Positions 52,721 through 62,536 of a stretch of 64,000 nt of DNA are shown piece by piece; within the stretch, counting starts at the first letter, position 1, and each line of letters starts with the position of its first letter. This DNA is from Nanobdellota archaeon (GTDB lineage Archaea; Nanobdellota; Nanobdellia; Pacearchaeales; GW2011-AR1): assembly GCA_024654565.1 (NCBI GenBank), contig JANLHM010000006.1:64694-128693 (forward strand), given 5' to 3'. A program made the translations under genes and the position numbers. The notes under the pieces were generated by a model. It was not told the DNA's origin. It did no database searches and worked only from the letters and a program-made list of their open reading frames with translations.

Positions 52721-54367
52721 TTATATTTCAAAAGTTCCGCTTAAGTTTCCTTCTGATTCCCTGTTTGGTATTTTTTCCTCTAATTTTCTAAGGACGTCTT
52801 TTACCCAGAGATATCTGTCCCTTTCCATGTAATACGCTAATTCTTCTTCACTAAGATTTTGCGAATAACTGTACTCTGCGCTGTAGGGTCCTAGTTCCAA
52901 TTTTATTAAATATCGGTCCCTATATTTTTGTGCGCTAGTGTTTATTGCAGATTCATTAAGATAAAATAAAATCATATCTTTTTCACTTTGGGTTAATTTT
53001 TCTGTTAAATTCAATAATTCAGGAATTGTTACATTTGTTTCATTAAAAATTTCGGTCATATTGTTTAATGTTTCTTCTTCACTAAAAGACTCTTCATCAA
53101 TTTTTTTTGAGAATGAAGCAATCTCGTTTCCTTCGTGAGTTATTTTTATACTAAGTTCACCGGTTGTAATTGTTCCGTTTAGTTTTTTTAAGTCAAGAGA
53201 GAAAGTTTTTGTTTTAGTTCCAAGATATTCTTCCCCAAAACCTGTTTCAATTGTTTTATATTCAGTTTTAACAATTATAAAATTTCCTTGGTTTTCAATG
53301 GTGATGGTGCTTTCAGGCAGAATTTCGCCATTTAATTTAACGCTCTTGGAAACAATTTGTGCATTTTCACCCCTAACTCTAAACTCTTTATCTTTTGAAA
53401 CTTCTCCTGAAATAACTTCATTTGTTTCTTGTGTTTCATTTCCTACCGTGAAACCTGTTATAAAACCGGAGATCCTTCCAAAGGCATTCGTTATTATGTT
53501 TCCAGTTAAAGGGGGAGAGTTTTCTTCAATCTTTTCAGTTGAAGCTTCTTTTTCCTTTGATTTATCTTTTTCTGTTGAAGTCTCTTCAGTTACATCCTCT
53601 TCAACAGTATTTTCTTCAGTGTTACTCTCTTCAACAGTATTTTCTTCAGTGTTACTCTCTTCAACAGTATTTTCTTCAGTGTTACTCTCTTCAGTCACAT
53701 CCACTGGGGTTTCATTAATTTCTTCAACAATTGTTTCATTTTCTTCATTAACATCTACTTCGGTTTCATTTACGACGGATTCATTACTTTCTTCAACAAT
53801 TGTTTCATTTTCTTCATTAACATCATTTTGGGGTTCTTCTGTTTTGCCTTCATTTTCAGGTGAGAGTGTTATTATCTCAAAATTGATTGTAGGGTAAACT
53901 TCTTTTTCTCCTGGAATTCCATACCCCTCACCATATCCAGAAAGTAATGAATTTTCAAGGAAAAAACTTCCATTTTCAGTCTTGAAATTAATAAATTCTT
54001 GAAGGTTGTACTTCTGAATTGATCCATTATTCTCAAAAATTATCTCTGAATTTGATGGAATTAATTCTCCTTCATTTAATATTAAATCAAGTTTTCCATT
54101 TTTTAATTCTCCATCAATAACAGTCCCACCAATGTCGAAAACCACATTTCCGGAGACTCTTTGTTCGTTAAATATTAAAAGTCCCACTATTCCCAAAAAT
54201 AGGATTGAAGCAAGAACAATAAAGAATATTTTTTTAACGGGGGAGTTGTCGTTTTTTGAGTCTATCCCATGGTACTCGGACACGACTTTTCCATTTATTC
54301 TTCTACTCTGATAAAAATATGGTCCGTAAACTTTTCCGTTTTTAGTAATGTATTTTTTATAAACCAC
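52721..54367 (-). CDS. Membrane-anchored surface protein with acidic tandem repeats
   Basis: N-terminal YKKYITKNGKVYGPYFYQSRR motif plus a TM helix. Central E/N/T-rich repeats (NTEENTVEES x3, VDVNEENETIVEE x2). Confidence 0.55.
   Translation of the reverse strand: MVYKKYITKNGKVYGPYFYQSRRINGKVVSEYHGIDSKNDNSPVKKIFFIVLASILFLGIVGLLIFNEQRVSGNVVFDIGGTVIDGELKNGKLDLILNEGELIPSNSEIIFENNGSIQKYNLQEFINFKTENGSFFLENSLLSGYGEGYGIPGEKEVYPTINFEIITLSPENEGKTEEPQNDVNEENETIVEESNESVVNETEVDVNEENETIVEEINETPVDVTEESNTEENTVEESNTEENTVEESNTEENTVEEDVTEETSTEKDKSKEKEASTEKIEENSPPLTGNIITNAFGRISGFITGFTVGNETQETNEVISGEVSKDKEFRVRGENAQIVSKSVKLNGEILPESTITIENQGNFIIVKTEYKTIETGFGEEYLGTKTKTFSLDLKKLNGTITTGELSIKITHEGNEIASFSKKIDEESFSEEETLNNMTEIFNETNVTIPELLNLTEKLTQSEKDMILFYLNESAINTSAQKYRDRYLIKLELGPYSAEYSYSQNLSEEELAYYMERDRYLWVKDVLRKLEEKIPNRESEGNLSGTFEI
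53601..53690. repeat. Three perfect 30-nt tandem repeats
   Basis: Unit tcaacagtattttcttcagtgttactctct at 53601, 53631 and 53661. In frame within the CDS. Confidence 0.95.
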
Positions 54368-54489
54368 TTGATGTCAAGTAACCTCTTTACAAAAATATTG
54401 AACAAGACTATCTATTTAAATTTTTATTATTTTAAAATTCACCAAATTTACTTACAATTCTTTTAAATTAGGAAAACATTAGTCAAAGA

Positions 54490-54753
54490 TTATTGGGTTA
54501 CGTTTTGCGGGGGAATATATTGAACCAAGATTAACACTTCATCTCCCACTGGAATTTGGACATATCCATTTGTTTGAAGGTCTGCAAGAATCTGAGAAAC
54601 TGCCAAATTAACTCCTTCAGCTCTTTTCTCATTTACAAAATTATTATATTGAGTTTGAAAAACCAATAAGTAGAGAACAATCACCACAAGCAAAACTACA
54701 ACTGCCATAAGAACTTTTATTATCAGTCTGGTTCTTTCGTTTTCACTTCCCAT
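54490..54753 (-). CDS. Small single-TM protein
   Basis: TM helix LIIKVLMAVVVLLVVIVLYLLVF. The internal ATG is preferred to avoid overlap with the upstream gene. Confidence 0.4.
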   Translation of the reverse strand: MGSENERTRLIIKVLMAVVVLLVVIVLYLLVFQTQYNNFVNEKRAEGVNLAVSQILADLQTNGYVQIPVGDEVLILVQYIPPQNVTQ

Positions 54754-54784
54754 AATTATATTTAAAAAATTAAAGTATTTAAAC

Positions 54785-55498
54785 TTATTCTTTTGCAGTG
54801 ATTTCAAGAAGAGTGTTTACATCTTTTATAAAAACCCCACTTGGGAGAACAACTTTTACTGAAATAATGTCCCCCTTGTTAAAATTAACTATATTTTCTC
54901 CGACGGTGTCATAATCAGATTTTATTCCATTTTCACTCAAGTCAAAGGTATTTCTAAAACCAACTACTTCCCCGTTTTTGAAGATTATTACTTCAGCTTC
55001 TCCGATTCCTGAATTCAAAACTTCAAGGTTTGTCGAAATCCCAGTTATACTTCCGCTCCTAATCATCGCGTAACCTTTGTTTTCACTCCCTTTAACTCCC
55101 GCAGATGAACTTAAGAAAGTTGATTCAGAAACTTCACCCGGAGTTCCAAAATTCAAAAGCATTTTTCCTAATAGGTTCTCAACTTGTTTTTTAATTTCCA
55201 TTTCTGAAGCAGTTATAACGTAAACTGGCTTTTCACCTTCAACTTCAATTTGGTACATTGCAATTGCAGTGTCGTCAATATTTTGAATATTCACTTCTTC
55301 AGGAAGGTCATTAAGATCAACTTGTGTAATACTCGTTATACTTTCTTCTGCTACTCCCCTATTTGAAGCAATCTTTTTTACAAACTTTTCAGTATTGTCA
55401 GAAATTGAAAAACTTTCAGCTAATACTCCTGTTCCCAGAAGTAAGATTACCCCTAAAGCGAATACTACCGAAAACCTCTTCATTTTGTTCTTTAACAA
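54785..55498 (-). CDS. Secreted protein of unknown function
   Basis: Signal peptide KRFSVVFALGVILLLGTGVLA. Confidence 0.5.
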   Translation of the reverse strand: MLKNKMKRFSVVFALGVILLLGTGVLAESFSISDNTEKFVKKIASNRGVAEESITSITQVDLNDLPEEVNIQNIDDTAIAMYQIEVEGEKPVYVITASEMEIKKQVENLLGKMLLNFGTPGEVSESTFLSSSAGVKGSENKGYAMIRSGSITGISTNLEVLNSGIGEAEVIIFKNGEVVGFRNTFDLSENGIKSDYDTVGENIVNFNKGDIISVKVVLPSGVFIKDVNTLLEITAKE

Positions 55499-55553
55499 GG
55501 GTAATCCCTTATTTAAAGATTACTTTTATATAGTTTTATTCGTTTGGTGGATA

Positions 55554-56435
55554 ATGAAAAAGACGGTGGTTGCAACGCATGACGGGAAATTTCATGCGGA
55601 TGAAGTTTTTGCTATCGCGATTCTAAAAAAAGTTTATCCCTCTTTGAAAATTATAAGGACAAAAGAGAGCGAACTACTAAAAAAGTCTGACATAAATGTA
55701 GATATTGGAAGAAAATATAACCCGAAAAAAGGGTATTTTGACCATCATCAGTCTGACTTCAAATTAAAAAGGAAAAATGGAATTCCATATGCTTCTGCAG
55801 GGATTGTTTGGAGTTATTATGGTAGTAAAATATTAAATTCAAAAGAATCTCTCAATTATGTTGATGAAAAGTTGATTCAATTTATAGATGCTAATGACTC
55901 GGGGGTAAAAACTTATGACTCAAAAATTGGAAATGTTTACCACATATCTAACCTTATAGATTCATTTAATCCTGGGTGGACTGAAAAAGTAAGACATGAC
56001 TCTCAGTTTAAGAAAGCTCTTAGTGTTGCCCAATTAGTTCTTGAAAGAGAAATTGTCCGTGCAAAGTCTTATCAAATGTCCTCAAAAATTGTTAAAGATG
56101 CACTTAAGAAATTAAAAGGGAAAAATTATATTGTAATTAATTCTAAAAATGTTATGTGGAGAGATTTTGTCATTGGAAATCCAAAAATAAATTTTGTTAT
56201 TCACCCTTCAATTGACCGGTGGAGTTCAAATTCTGTTCCAAAGAAGGTTGACAGTTTTCAAAGAGATGTTTTATTTCCTGATAAATGGGGCGGACTCGAA
56301 GGGAAAAGTTTTGAAAAAGTTTCAGGAGTTAAGGGCGCTTTATTTTGTCATAAGGACGGTTTTATTGTTTCAGCTAAAACAAAAGATGGTGCAATCAAAT
56401 TAACTGAAATTGCTCTTGGGAAAAAAGAAAAATGA
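55554..56435 (+). CDS. MYG1/UPF0160 family metal-dependent hydrolase (DHH-like)
   Basis: THDGKFHADEVFAIAILK and FDHHQ motifs. The ATG at 55554 is preferred, since the track ORF begins inside the antisense upstream gene. Confidence 0.8.
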   Translation: MKKTVVATHDGKFHADEVFAIAILKKVYPSLKIIRTKESELLKKSDINVDIGRKYNPKKGYFDHHQSDFKLKRKNGIPYASAGIVWSYYGSKILNSKESLNYVDEKLIQFIDANDSGVKTYDSKIGNVYHISNLIDSFNPGWTEKVRHDSQFKKALSVAQLVLEREIVRAKSYQMSSKIVKDALKKLKGKNYIVINSKNVMWRDFVIGNPKINFVIHPSIDRWSSNSVPKKVDSFQRDVLFPDKWGGLEGKSFEKVSGVKGALFCHKDGFIVSAKTKDGAIKLTEIALGKKEK

Positions 56436-57112
56436 AAACGGTGGTTGTGAGTCTTGGGGGAAGTCAGATTATTCCGAGCGAAGTAAATTATCCTTATATA
56501 AAAGAATTCAAACAAGTTATTTTAAAAAATTCAAAGAATTATAATTTTGTTATTGTTTGTGGAGGGGGAAGTCTTGCAAGGAAATATATTTGTGCAATTG
56601 AAAAGGAAAAAGGAAGTTTTTATTACCAGTCATTAGTCGGGATAAGCGCAACTAGGGCTAACGCAAGGTTTTTGTCTTACTTTTTTGGGTTTGACCCTAA
56701 ATGGGGAATTCCCCATAATATGAGAACACTAAAGAAATACTTGAGGAAAAGGGGAATTGTAATTTGTGGGGGTCTTGAATACAAACCAAATCAAACTTCT
56801 GACTCAACTTCAGCAGACATCGCTCACAAACTCGGATCAGAATTTGTAAATTTGACGGATGTTAATGGGTTGTATACTAAAAATCCTAAAGAGTTTAAAG
56901 ACGCTAAATTCATTCCTGAAATTTCGTGGGAAGGTTTTCATCGACGTGCAAGTGAAATAAAGTTTAAACCGGGTCAACACTTTGTTCTTGATCAAAATGC
57001 ATCAAAAATAATTATGGAAAAAAAGATTAAAACTTACATTATGAAAAATCCAAAAGACCTAAATAACCTTCTAAAAGGTAAAAAATTTAAAGGAACAACT
57101 ATTTTTGGATAG
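56432..57112 (+). CDS. pyrH: Uridylate (UMP) kinase, archaeal type
   Basis: VVSLGGS, VIVCGGGSLAR and NLTDVNGLYTKNP, consistent with the amino-acid-kinase fold. Confidence 0.7.
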   Translation: MKTVVVSLGGSQIIPSEVNYPYIKEFKQVILKNSKNYNFVIVCGGGSLARKYICAIEKEKGSFYYQSLVGISATRANARFLSYFFGFDPKWGIPHNMRTLKKYLRKRGIVICGGLEYKPNQTSDSTSADIAHKLGSEFVNLTDVNGLYTKNPKEFKDAKFIPEISWEGFHRRASEIKFKPGQHFVLDQNASKIIMEKKIKTYIMKNPKDLNNLLKGKKFKGTTIFG

Positions 57113-57556
57113 ATGGAAAGAATTGTGTTATATGAAGAGAATTTTAATAAACTTAAAGAACTCGTTAAGAATAACAAAGGAAAGGAAATAATTTTTTCTT
57201 CAAACGATGATGAACTTAACAGGAAAGTTCTTGAAAAGTTACCAATTAACATTCTTCTTATTCCCCTTGAAGGGCGTAAGGATTTTTCAAAACAAAGAAA
57301 TTCGGGATTTAATGAAGTGATGTCTGGGATTGCTCTGAAAAACAAAATTAAAATTGGGATTTCGCTTGATGAATTTATAAATTCAAAAGAGAAGGAGAAA
57401 ATCATTTCAAGAATTAAACAGAATATAAAACTTTGTACAAGAAATAAAGTTGGAATGGTTTTTATTGAAGGAGAAGAAAAAAGAAGTTCCGTTCTTTTAA
57501 AGTCACTTGCTCTAACTCTGGGTATGCCCACTTGGATGACAAAAGAATTTTATTAA
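57113..57556 (+). CDS. rnp3: Possible RNase P protein component 3 (Rpp30-like), short form
   Basis: INILLIPLEGRKDFSKQRNSGFNEVMSGIALKNKIKIGISL...IKLCTRNKVGMVF...LLKSLALTLGM parallels Pyrococcus Rpp30 ([35 protein letters not shown]...KLVEKYKV...DLISLGVVIGM). Confidence 0.45.
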   Translation: MERIVLYEENFNKLKELVKNNKGKEIIFSSNDDELNRKVLEKLPINILLIPLEGRKDFSKQRNSGFNEVMSGIALKNKIKIGISLDEFINSKEKEKIISRIKQNIKLCTRNKVGMVFIEGEEKRSSVLLKSLALTLGMPTWMTKEFY

Positions 57557-57909
57557 ATTTTTTTTAGTCCTGTTTTTGGTGGAATTTGGCATACTCTTTT
57601 TATGTGCCTCATTATCAAACTGTCTGGGGGGTTATGCAAAAAATACCACTTTTTTGCTTCATTCGTTTTAAAATACTTCATTAGTTTATCTTTTGAATTG
57701 AATGCGTTAGTAGTTATTCTCATCACATATGCCGTTTCACTTTCATCCTCTGTTTTGGGAAAGTATAAACGATTTTTAACTACTCTCTCAAAGTCTTCGT
57801 TAGACAAATATTTTTTTATTGCAGTATCAAGATTAATCTTTTTGAGTTTTTCAAGTTCTTCTTTAGAAATATTATATTTGTGGCAAATCATTCTTTCTAA
57901 TTCTTTCAT
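57553..57909 (-). CDS. Hypothetical protein
   Basis: ORF only. Confidence 0.4.
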   Translation of the reverse strand: MKELERMICHKYNISKEELEKLKKINLDTAIKKYLSNEDFERVVKNRLYFPKTEDESETAYVMRITTNAFNSKDKLMKYFKTNEAKKWYFLHNPPDSLIMRHIKRVCQIPPKTGLKKI

Positions 57910-57964
57910 TTTGTTTGGTAAAAACTATTTTGTTTAAAAATTTTTAGTTGGATTTTAAATATGT

Positions 57965-59251
57965 TTAGACAAAGGTGCATGCATAAGCTGTTTCCCATAT
58001 TTCAAAATAATCTCCAGAAGTGATATTTGTGTTTGAAATGTTTAACCTCACGTATGAATTGTGGGTTGTCGAATTGGGGTAAACATATTCTTTTATTGTA
58101 AGACATCTTCCTTCGGAACTTCCTGGAAAAATTACTTTGTGTCCTACAAAATTTATCTCCGGGGTTTTTGGAAGACTTGTGCTGTCAAAATATTCTCCGA
58201 GTGTGAAAGGCCAGATAGAATTTATGTTTCCTGTTACTTCTGCTTCTTCGGGAACGCATTCCCCGTTATTGCATACTTCACCCAGAATACAATCATTGTT
58301 TGCAGTGCATTCCACAGGTTCAAAGCATTCTGGGTTTCCACTTTCTCCTCCGCAAACCTCGCCTTCTAAGCACATCTCTGTTGTTTGTTCTGTTATTGTT
58401 TCTTTGCAAGTTCCATTTTGGCAGGTAAGGTTCCTATATTGTTGCTTTATTGATTCGGGGGGTGGGTTTTGGTTGCATTTTGGAAATCCAACAAATCCGC
58501 TTGTTCCGCATACTTGGGTTACATTTTCTTGACTACATGAAATTCCTTGTGGTATGCAAGTCCCCGAATAACACATTTCAGATCCGAGACAGGTTTCTAT
58601 GACAAGCTGTTGAGTGGTGCTTTGACAGAATCCCGAAAAGCATTCGAAGACTTTTTTATATTTTAAAATTTGATTCCCCCCAGAGTCACATACTTGTGAA
58701 CCTTCTATCCAATAATCTACTCCACAATCAGTATTTTGAGTACACACATTTGTTGTTGAATTTACTTGAACATTTCCCCCGAAATTTTGCCCCCCTGTCA
58801 CTGGCCCTAAAGATTCAACTCCACTTGAAGAAGAAATAAAAACCGGAGCAATTGAAATTTTTGTTATTTCCGAAATGTTAAGAATTGTACTTGTTGTCAA
58901 ATTAATATAAAAAGTTCTTTTTTCATAGATTTTGAAATCCCCAACATTTTCTTTAAAGACATCAGAGTTTCTTCTGTCCTCTACTATAAAATGTATTGAA
59001 GTCACTTTTTCATCAGAAAGACCAGGATTTCTCGCAACCTTGACTGTTGCAATTCCGGCAGTGTAATCAATTGAAGCGGATTCAATTATCATGTCTATTC
59101 CGAAATTTCCAAGTGTTATTGAGTTCACCCCTCTTCCAATAAAACTACCCAAGGCAATCCATATTGTTGCTATTGTTGCCAAAATAAGTAAAACAATAAG
59201 GACGGTTGTTACAACATCTGAAAGTCCCTTTTTACTTCCTCTTTTCTTCAT
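57965..59251 (-). CDS. Archaeal type IV pilin-like (class III signal peptide) surface protein with cysteine-rich C-terminal modules
   Basis: N-terminus KKGLSDVVTTVLIVLLILATIATIWI (DUF1628-like). The C-terminal half has more than 30 Cys in repeated C-x-x-G-x-C style modules. Confidence 0.6.
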   Translation of the reverse strand: MKKRGSKKGLSDVVTTVLIVLLILATIATIWIALGSFIGRGVNSITLGNFGIDMIIESASIDYTAGIATVKVARNPGLSDEKVTSIHFIVEDRRNSDVFKENVGDFKIYEKRTFYINLTTSTILNISEITKISIAPVFISSSSGVESLGPVTGGQNFGGNVQVNSTTNVCTQNTDCGVDYWIEGSQVCDSGGNQILKYKKVFECFSGFCQSTTQQLVIETCLGSEMCYSGTCIPQGISCSQENVTQVCGTSGFVGFPKCNQNPPPESIKQQYRNLTCQNGTCKETITEQTTEMCLEGEVCGGESGNPECFEPVECTANNDCILGEVCNNGECVPEEAEVTGNINSIWPFTLGEYFDSTSLPKTPEINFVGHKVIFPGSSEGRCLTIKEYVYPNSTTHNSYVRLNISNTNITSGDYFEIWETAYACTFV

Positions 59252-59366
59252 TTATGTTTTAGGATGAATTATTTTATAAATTATTCTATATTAAGGGGGT
59301 AAGCAGGAAAACCTTTAATTTTTTTGGAAACCAAATGTTTTTAATTACACTAGATTAATAACAATT

Positions 59367-60878
59367 ATGGATAAAATACTTGAATCTTTAAGCATTATTG
59401 AAAAGAAAGTTTTGCCTTATCTTGAAGAAAAAAGTATTTCAGAGATCTGTAAAAAGTCAAACCTTGACAAAGTTACAGTTTTAAGGGCTCTGGAGTACTT
59501 GAATAACAAAAAAATTATTGAACTTGAAACACAAAAGAAAAGAGTGGTGGATGTGGGTGTTAATGGTGCACTTTACAAAAAGAGGGGACTTCCAGAAAGG
59601 AGACTTCTTTTGCTCCTTGATGAAAAAAGAATAATTCTCTTAAAGGAAGCTGAAAAGGAATCTTTCTTAAGCCCTGATGAATTTAAAGTTTCTCTTGGAG
59701 TACTAAGGGGGAAGGCATTAATTGAAATAAAGAACGGAAAAATATTCTTGAATGCTTCAAAAAAGGAAATTTCAAGGAAAACTCTTGATGAAATGTTTAT
59801 CGAGTCTTTGCCACTCGAAGAAGAAAAATTAACCCCTGAACAGCATTTTTCCCTTAAATCTCTGTCCAAAAGAAAAGACATAATCGAAATTGAGGAAAGA
59901 AAAAAATTCTTAATTAAAGTAACCCCCTTGGGAAAAAAAGTGATGAACTCAAAAGAGGTTTCTAAAGACTTGATTGAACAAATTACAAATGAACTTTTGA
60001 AAAAGGAGCAAAATTGGAAAAACAAAAAATTTAGAAGGTATGACGTTTCTATGCCTGTTCCTAAAGTTTATGGGGGAAAAAGACATTTTGTAAATCAGGC
60101 AATTGATTACGCAAGAAAAATATGGACTGAAATGGGTTTTCAAGAGATGGAAGGAAATTTTATTCAGTCAAGTTTTTGGGTTTTTGATGCTCTTTTTACC
60201 GCACAGGACCACCCTGTCAGAGAAATGCAGGACACTTTCTTTTTGGGTGTAAATGGGGAACTTCCCGACAAAAAACTTGTTTCTTCAGTAAAACTTGCTC
60301 ATGAGAAAGGAGTTGGTGGAAGTAAAGGTTGGAATTACCATTGGGATGAAGAAGAAGCAAAAAGAATGGTTTTAAGGCCCCACACAACTGCTCTTTCAGC
60401 AAAGACTCTCTCTCAATTAAAAAAAGAAGATTTTCCAAAAAAGTATTTTGCGGTTGGAAAGGTTTTTAGAAATGAAACTGTTGATTGGTCGCATGGATTT
60501 GAATTTTATCAAACTGAAGGAATTGTTGTTGACCCTGATTTAAACTTTAGAAATCTTTTAGGATACTTAAGGGAGTTTTATAAAAAGATGGGTTTTTCAA
60601 AAGTGCGTTTTAGTCCAGCGTACTTTCCTTACACAGAACCTTCTGTTGAAGTGAACGTTTGGCATCCTGAAAGAAAAGTGTGGCTTGAACTTGGGGGGGC
60701 AGGAATTTTTAGGCCAGAAATAACAGTTCCTTTACTTGGGGTTAATACGCCTGTTCTTGCTTGGGGACTAGGATTTGACAGGATAATTACAGACTACTAC
60801 AATATAAAAGATTTAAGAGAACTTTACAAGAATGACGTAACTCAACTCAGAAAAACAAAAAGTTGGGTTAAGGTATAA
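59367..60878 (+). CDS. pheS: Phenylalanyl-tRNA synthetase alpha subunit
   Basis: N-terminal wHTH repeats. Class II motifs HPVREMQDTFF, FRNE and GAGIFRPE...GLGFDR. Confidence 0.9.
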   Translation: MDKILESLSIIEKKVLPYLEEKSISEICKKSNLDKVTVLRALEYLNNKKIIELETQKKRVVDVGVNGALYKKRGLPERRLLLLLDEKRIILLKEAEKESFLSPDEFKVSLGVLRGKALIEIKNGKIFLNASKKEISRKTLDEMFIESLPLEEEKLTPEQHFSLKSLSKRKDIIEIEERKKFLIKVTPLGKKVMNSKEVSKDLIEQITNELLKKEQNWKNKKFRRYDVSMPVPKVYGGKRHFVNQAIDYARKIWTEMGFQEMEGNFIQSSFWVFDALFTAQDHPVREMQDTFFLGVNGELPDKKLVSSVKLAHEKGVGGSKGWNYHWDEEEAKRMVLRPHTTALSAKTLSQLKKEDFPKKYFAVGKVFRNETVDWSHGFEFYQTEGIVVDPDLNFRNLLGYLREFYKKMGFSKVRFSPAYFPYTEPSVEVNVWHPERKVWLELGGAGIFRPEITVPLLGVNTPVLAWGLGFDRIITDYYNIKDLRELYKNDVTQLRKTKSWVKV

Positions 60879-60880
60879 AA

Positions 60881-61420
60881 ATGGAGAGCAAAATAGATTA
60901 TTGGTTAAAAGAAGGAAAGCAAAGTAAAATAACACCGTCAATAAGAAAAATTGTTGAAAGTTTTAAAGGAAGTGATTTGGAAAAGGTGTTTCAAATTTTA
61001 AAATGGATAAACAAAAATTTAAGGCATTGCAAAAACCAAAAGATGGTTGAGAAAATATTTGCAACGAGAACGGCGGATGAATTAATAAAAAGCAAAAAGC
61101 ATACGGGATGTCATGATGTAAATTTGGTTTTTGTAGTATTAGCAAGAGCGTCAGGAATTCCAACCAAATACCTTGCCGGATTAGGAAAAGAAACTATGAA
61201 GGGGGGCCATTGTGTTTCTGAGATCTTTATTAATGGAAGGTGGAGTTTGGTTGACTCTTCAGTTTATAAAATAGAAATTTTTCCAGAATTTTCGGAATTT
61301 TTCAATAAATTTTATGTCATGGGAATAGGAATTGATTCTTGGGATATTAATATTAGAACTTTGAAAGATTGGTATAAACGTGCTAAAGAAATAAGTGAGC
61401 AAATTAGAAAGATAAAATGA
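60881..61420 (+). CDS. Transglutaminase-like cysteine protease-fold protein
   Basis: HTGCHDVNLVFVVLARASGIPTKYL (Cys), then GHCVSEIFINGRWSLVDS (His, Asp). Confidence 0.65.
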   Translation: MESKIDYWLKEGKQSKITPSIRKIVESFKGSDLEKVFQILKWINKNLRHCKNQKMVEKIFATRTADELIKSKKHTGCHDVNLVFVVLARASGIPTKYLAGLGKETMKGGHCVSEIFINGRWSLVDSSVYKIEIFPEFSEFFNKFYVMGIGIDSWDINIRTLKDWYKRAKEISEQIRKIK

Positions 61421-61441
61421 AAAAAGCAGGAAAATCTCAAA

Positions 61442-62275
61442 ATGAGCAATAAATTAATTGTTTTAAACAAAGAAATAAATTTAATTTCAAAAAATGAGAA
61501 AAATTATATTTGTCTAACAGATATTGCGGGGTTTAAGGACACTCAAAAATCAAATGATGTTATAAGAAACTGGATTCGAAACCGAAACACTCTTGAATTT
61601 TTGGGGATTTGGGAGGAGATTTATAATGGAAATTTTAATGCCGTGGAATTCGACGGGTTTAAGAAAATTTCCGGGTTAAATAGTTTCACTCTAACTCCTA
61701 AACAATGGGTTGAAAAGACAAATGCAATAGGAATTATTTCAAAACCAGGGAGATATGGTGGAACTTATGCTCATAAAGATATTGCTTTTGAATTTGCTTC
61801 ATGGATTTCTCCAAAATTTAAACTTTATTTAATTAAAGAGTTTGAAAGATTAAAAGAATATGAAATAAAATCTCAAAAATTGGATTGGAATTTTAAGAGA
61901 AATTTGGTAAAGCTTAATTACAAGATCCACACAAATGCAATTAAGGAGAACCTAATTCCCAAAAAAATTTCCGAAGAGCAAAAAAATATAATTTATGCAA
62001 ATGAAGCAGATATTTTGAATGTAGCTCTTTTTGGATTTACTGCAAAAATGTGGAAAGAAGAAAATATTGAAAAGGAAGGTAATTTGAGGGATTATGCAAC
62101 AGCTTCCCAGTTGGTTTGCTTATCAAATTTGGAAAGTTTAAATTCCGTTTTAATAGAAGAAAGATTAAGTCAAAAAGAAAGATTAATTAAATTAAATAAA
62201 ATTGCTATATCTCAAATGAGAATTTTATTAGAAACTCCAGAATTAAAGGATAAAATTGTGGGGGAAAATAAATAA
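61442..62275 (+). CDS. KilA-N domain DNA-binding protein
   Basis: NYICLTDIAGFK...GRYGGTYAHKDIAFEFASWISPKFKLYLIKEF is the KilA-N signature. Confidence 0.8.
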   Translation: MSNKLIVLNKEINLISKNEKNYICLTDIAGFKDTQKSNDVIRNWIRNRNTLEFLGIWEEIYNGNFNAVEFDGFKKISGLNSFTLTPKQWVEKTNAIGIISKPGRYGGTYAHKDIAFEFASWISPKFKLYLIKEFERLKEYEIKSQKLDWNFKRNLVKLNYKIHTNAIKENLIPKKISEEQKNIIYANEADILNVALFGFTAKMWKEENIEKEGNLRDYATASQLVCLSNLESLNSVLIEERLSQKERLIKLNKIAISQMRILLETPELKDKIVGENK

Positions 62276-62276
62276 T

Positions 62277-62534
62277 ATGGGACTTTATCTTCCAAAATTG
62301 GATTCCATACTAATGGTGGGGGAAACTATTCAGAATAGCGAAGACTATCCAACAAAAGTTGAATTGTGGAAGAGTCTACCTAAAAAAATGCAATACCAGA
62401 CTTTTAAATTGATTCTTGATTATTTAGAAAGATCTAATAAAATAATGTTTGAAGGGGATAAAATAATCTGGATCTTTGCAAATAATAAAAAATTAAATGA
62501 CTTGATACGGGGGGCAATCGGGATCTGGCATTAA
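62277..62534 (+). CDS. Small hypothetical protein (possible wHTH)
   Basis: ORF. The ATG at 62277 sits immediately after the KilA-N stop. Confidence 0.4.
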   Translation: MGLYLPKLDSILMVGETIQNSEDYPTKVELWKSLPKKMQYQTFKLILDYLERSNKIMFEGDKIIWIFANNKKLNDLIRGAIGIWH

Positions 62535-62536
62535 AA

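Noticed and set aside
53298-53897. 199-aa plus-strand ORF rich in S/V/F/T
   Set aside because: It is antisense to the acidic-repeat region of the 52721..54367 gene. Its open frame is a consequence of the GAA/AAC-rich repeats on the other strand.
57034-57531. 165-aa minus-strand ORF antisense to the Rpp30-like gene
   Set aside because: It is a low-complexity S/F/L/I-rich translation with no motif. The plus-strand frame aligns with Rpp30 and continues the pyrH operon.
58061-58532. Plus-strand ORFs 58061..58369 and 58137..58532
   Set aside because: Both are shadow ORFs antisense to the Cys-rich pilin-like gene.
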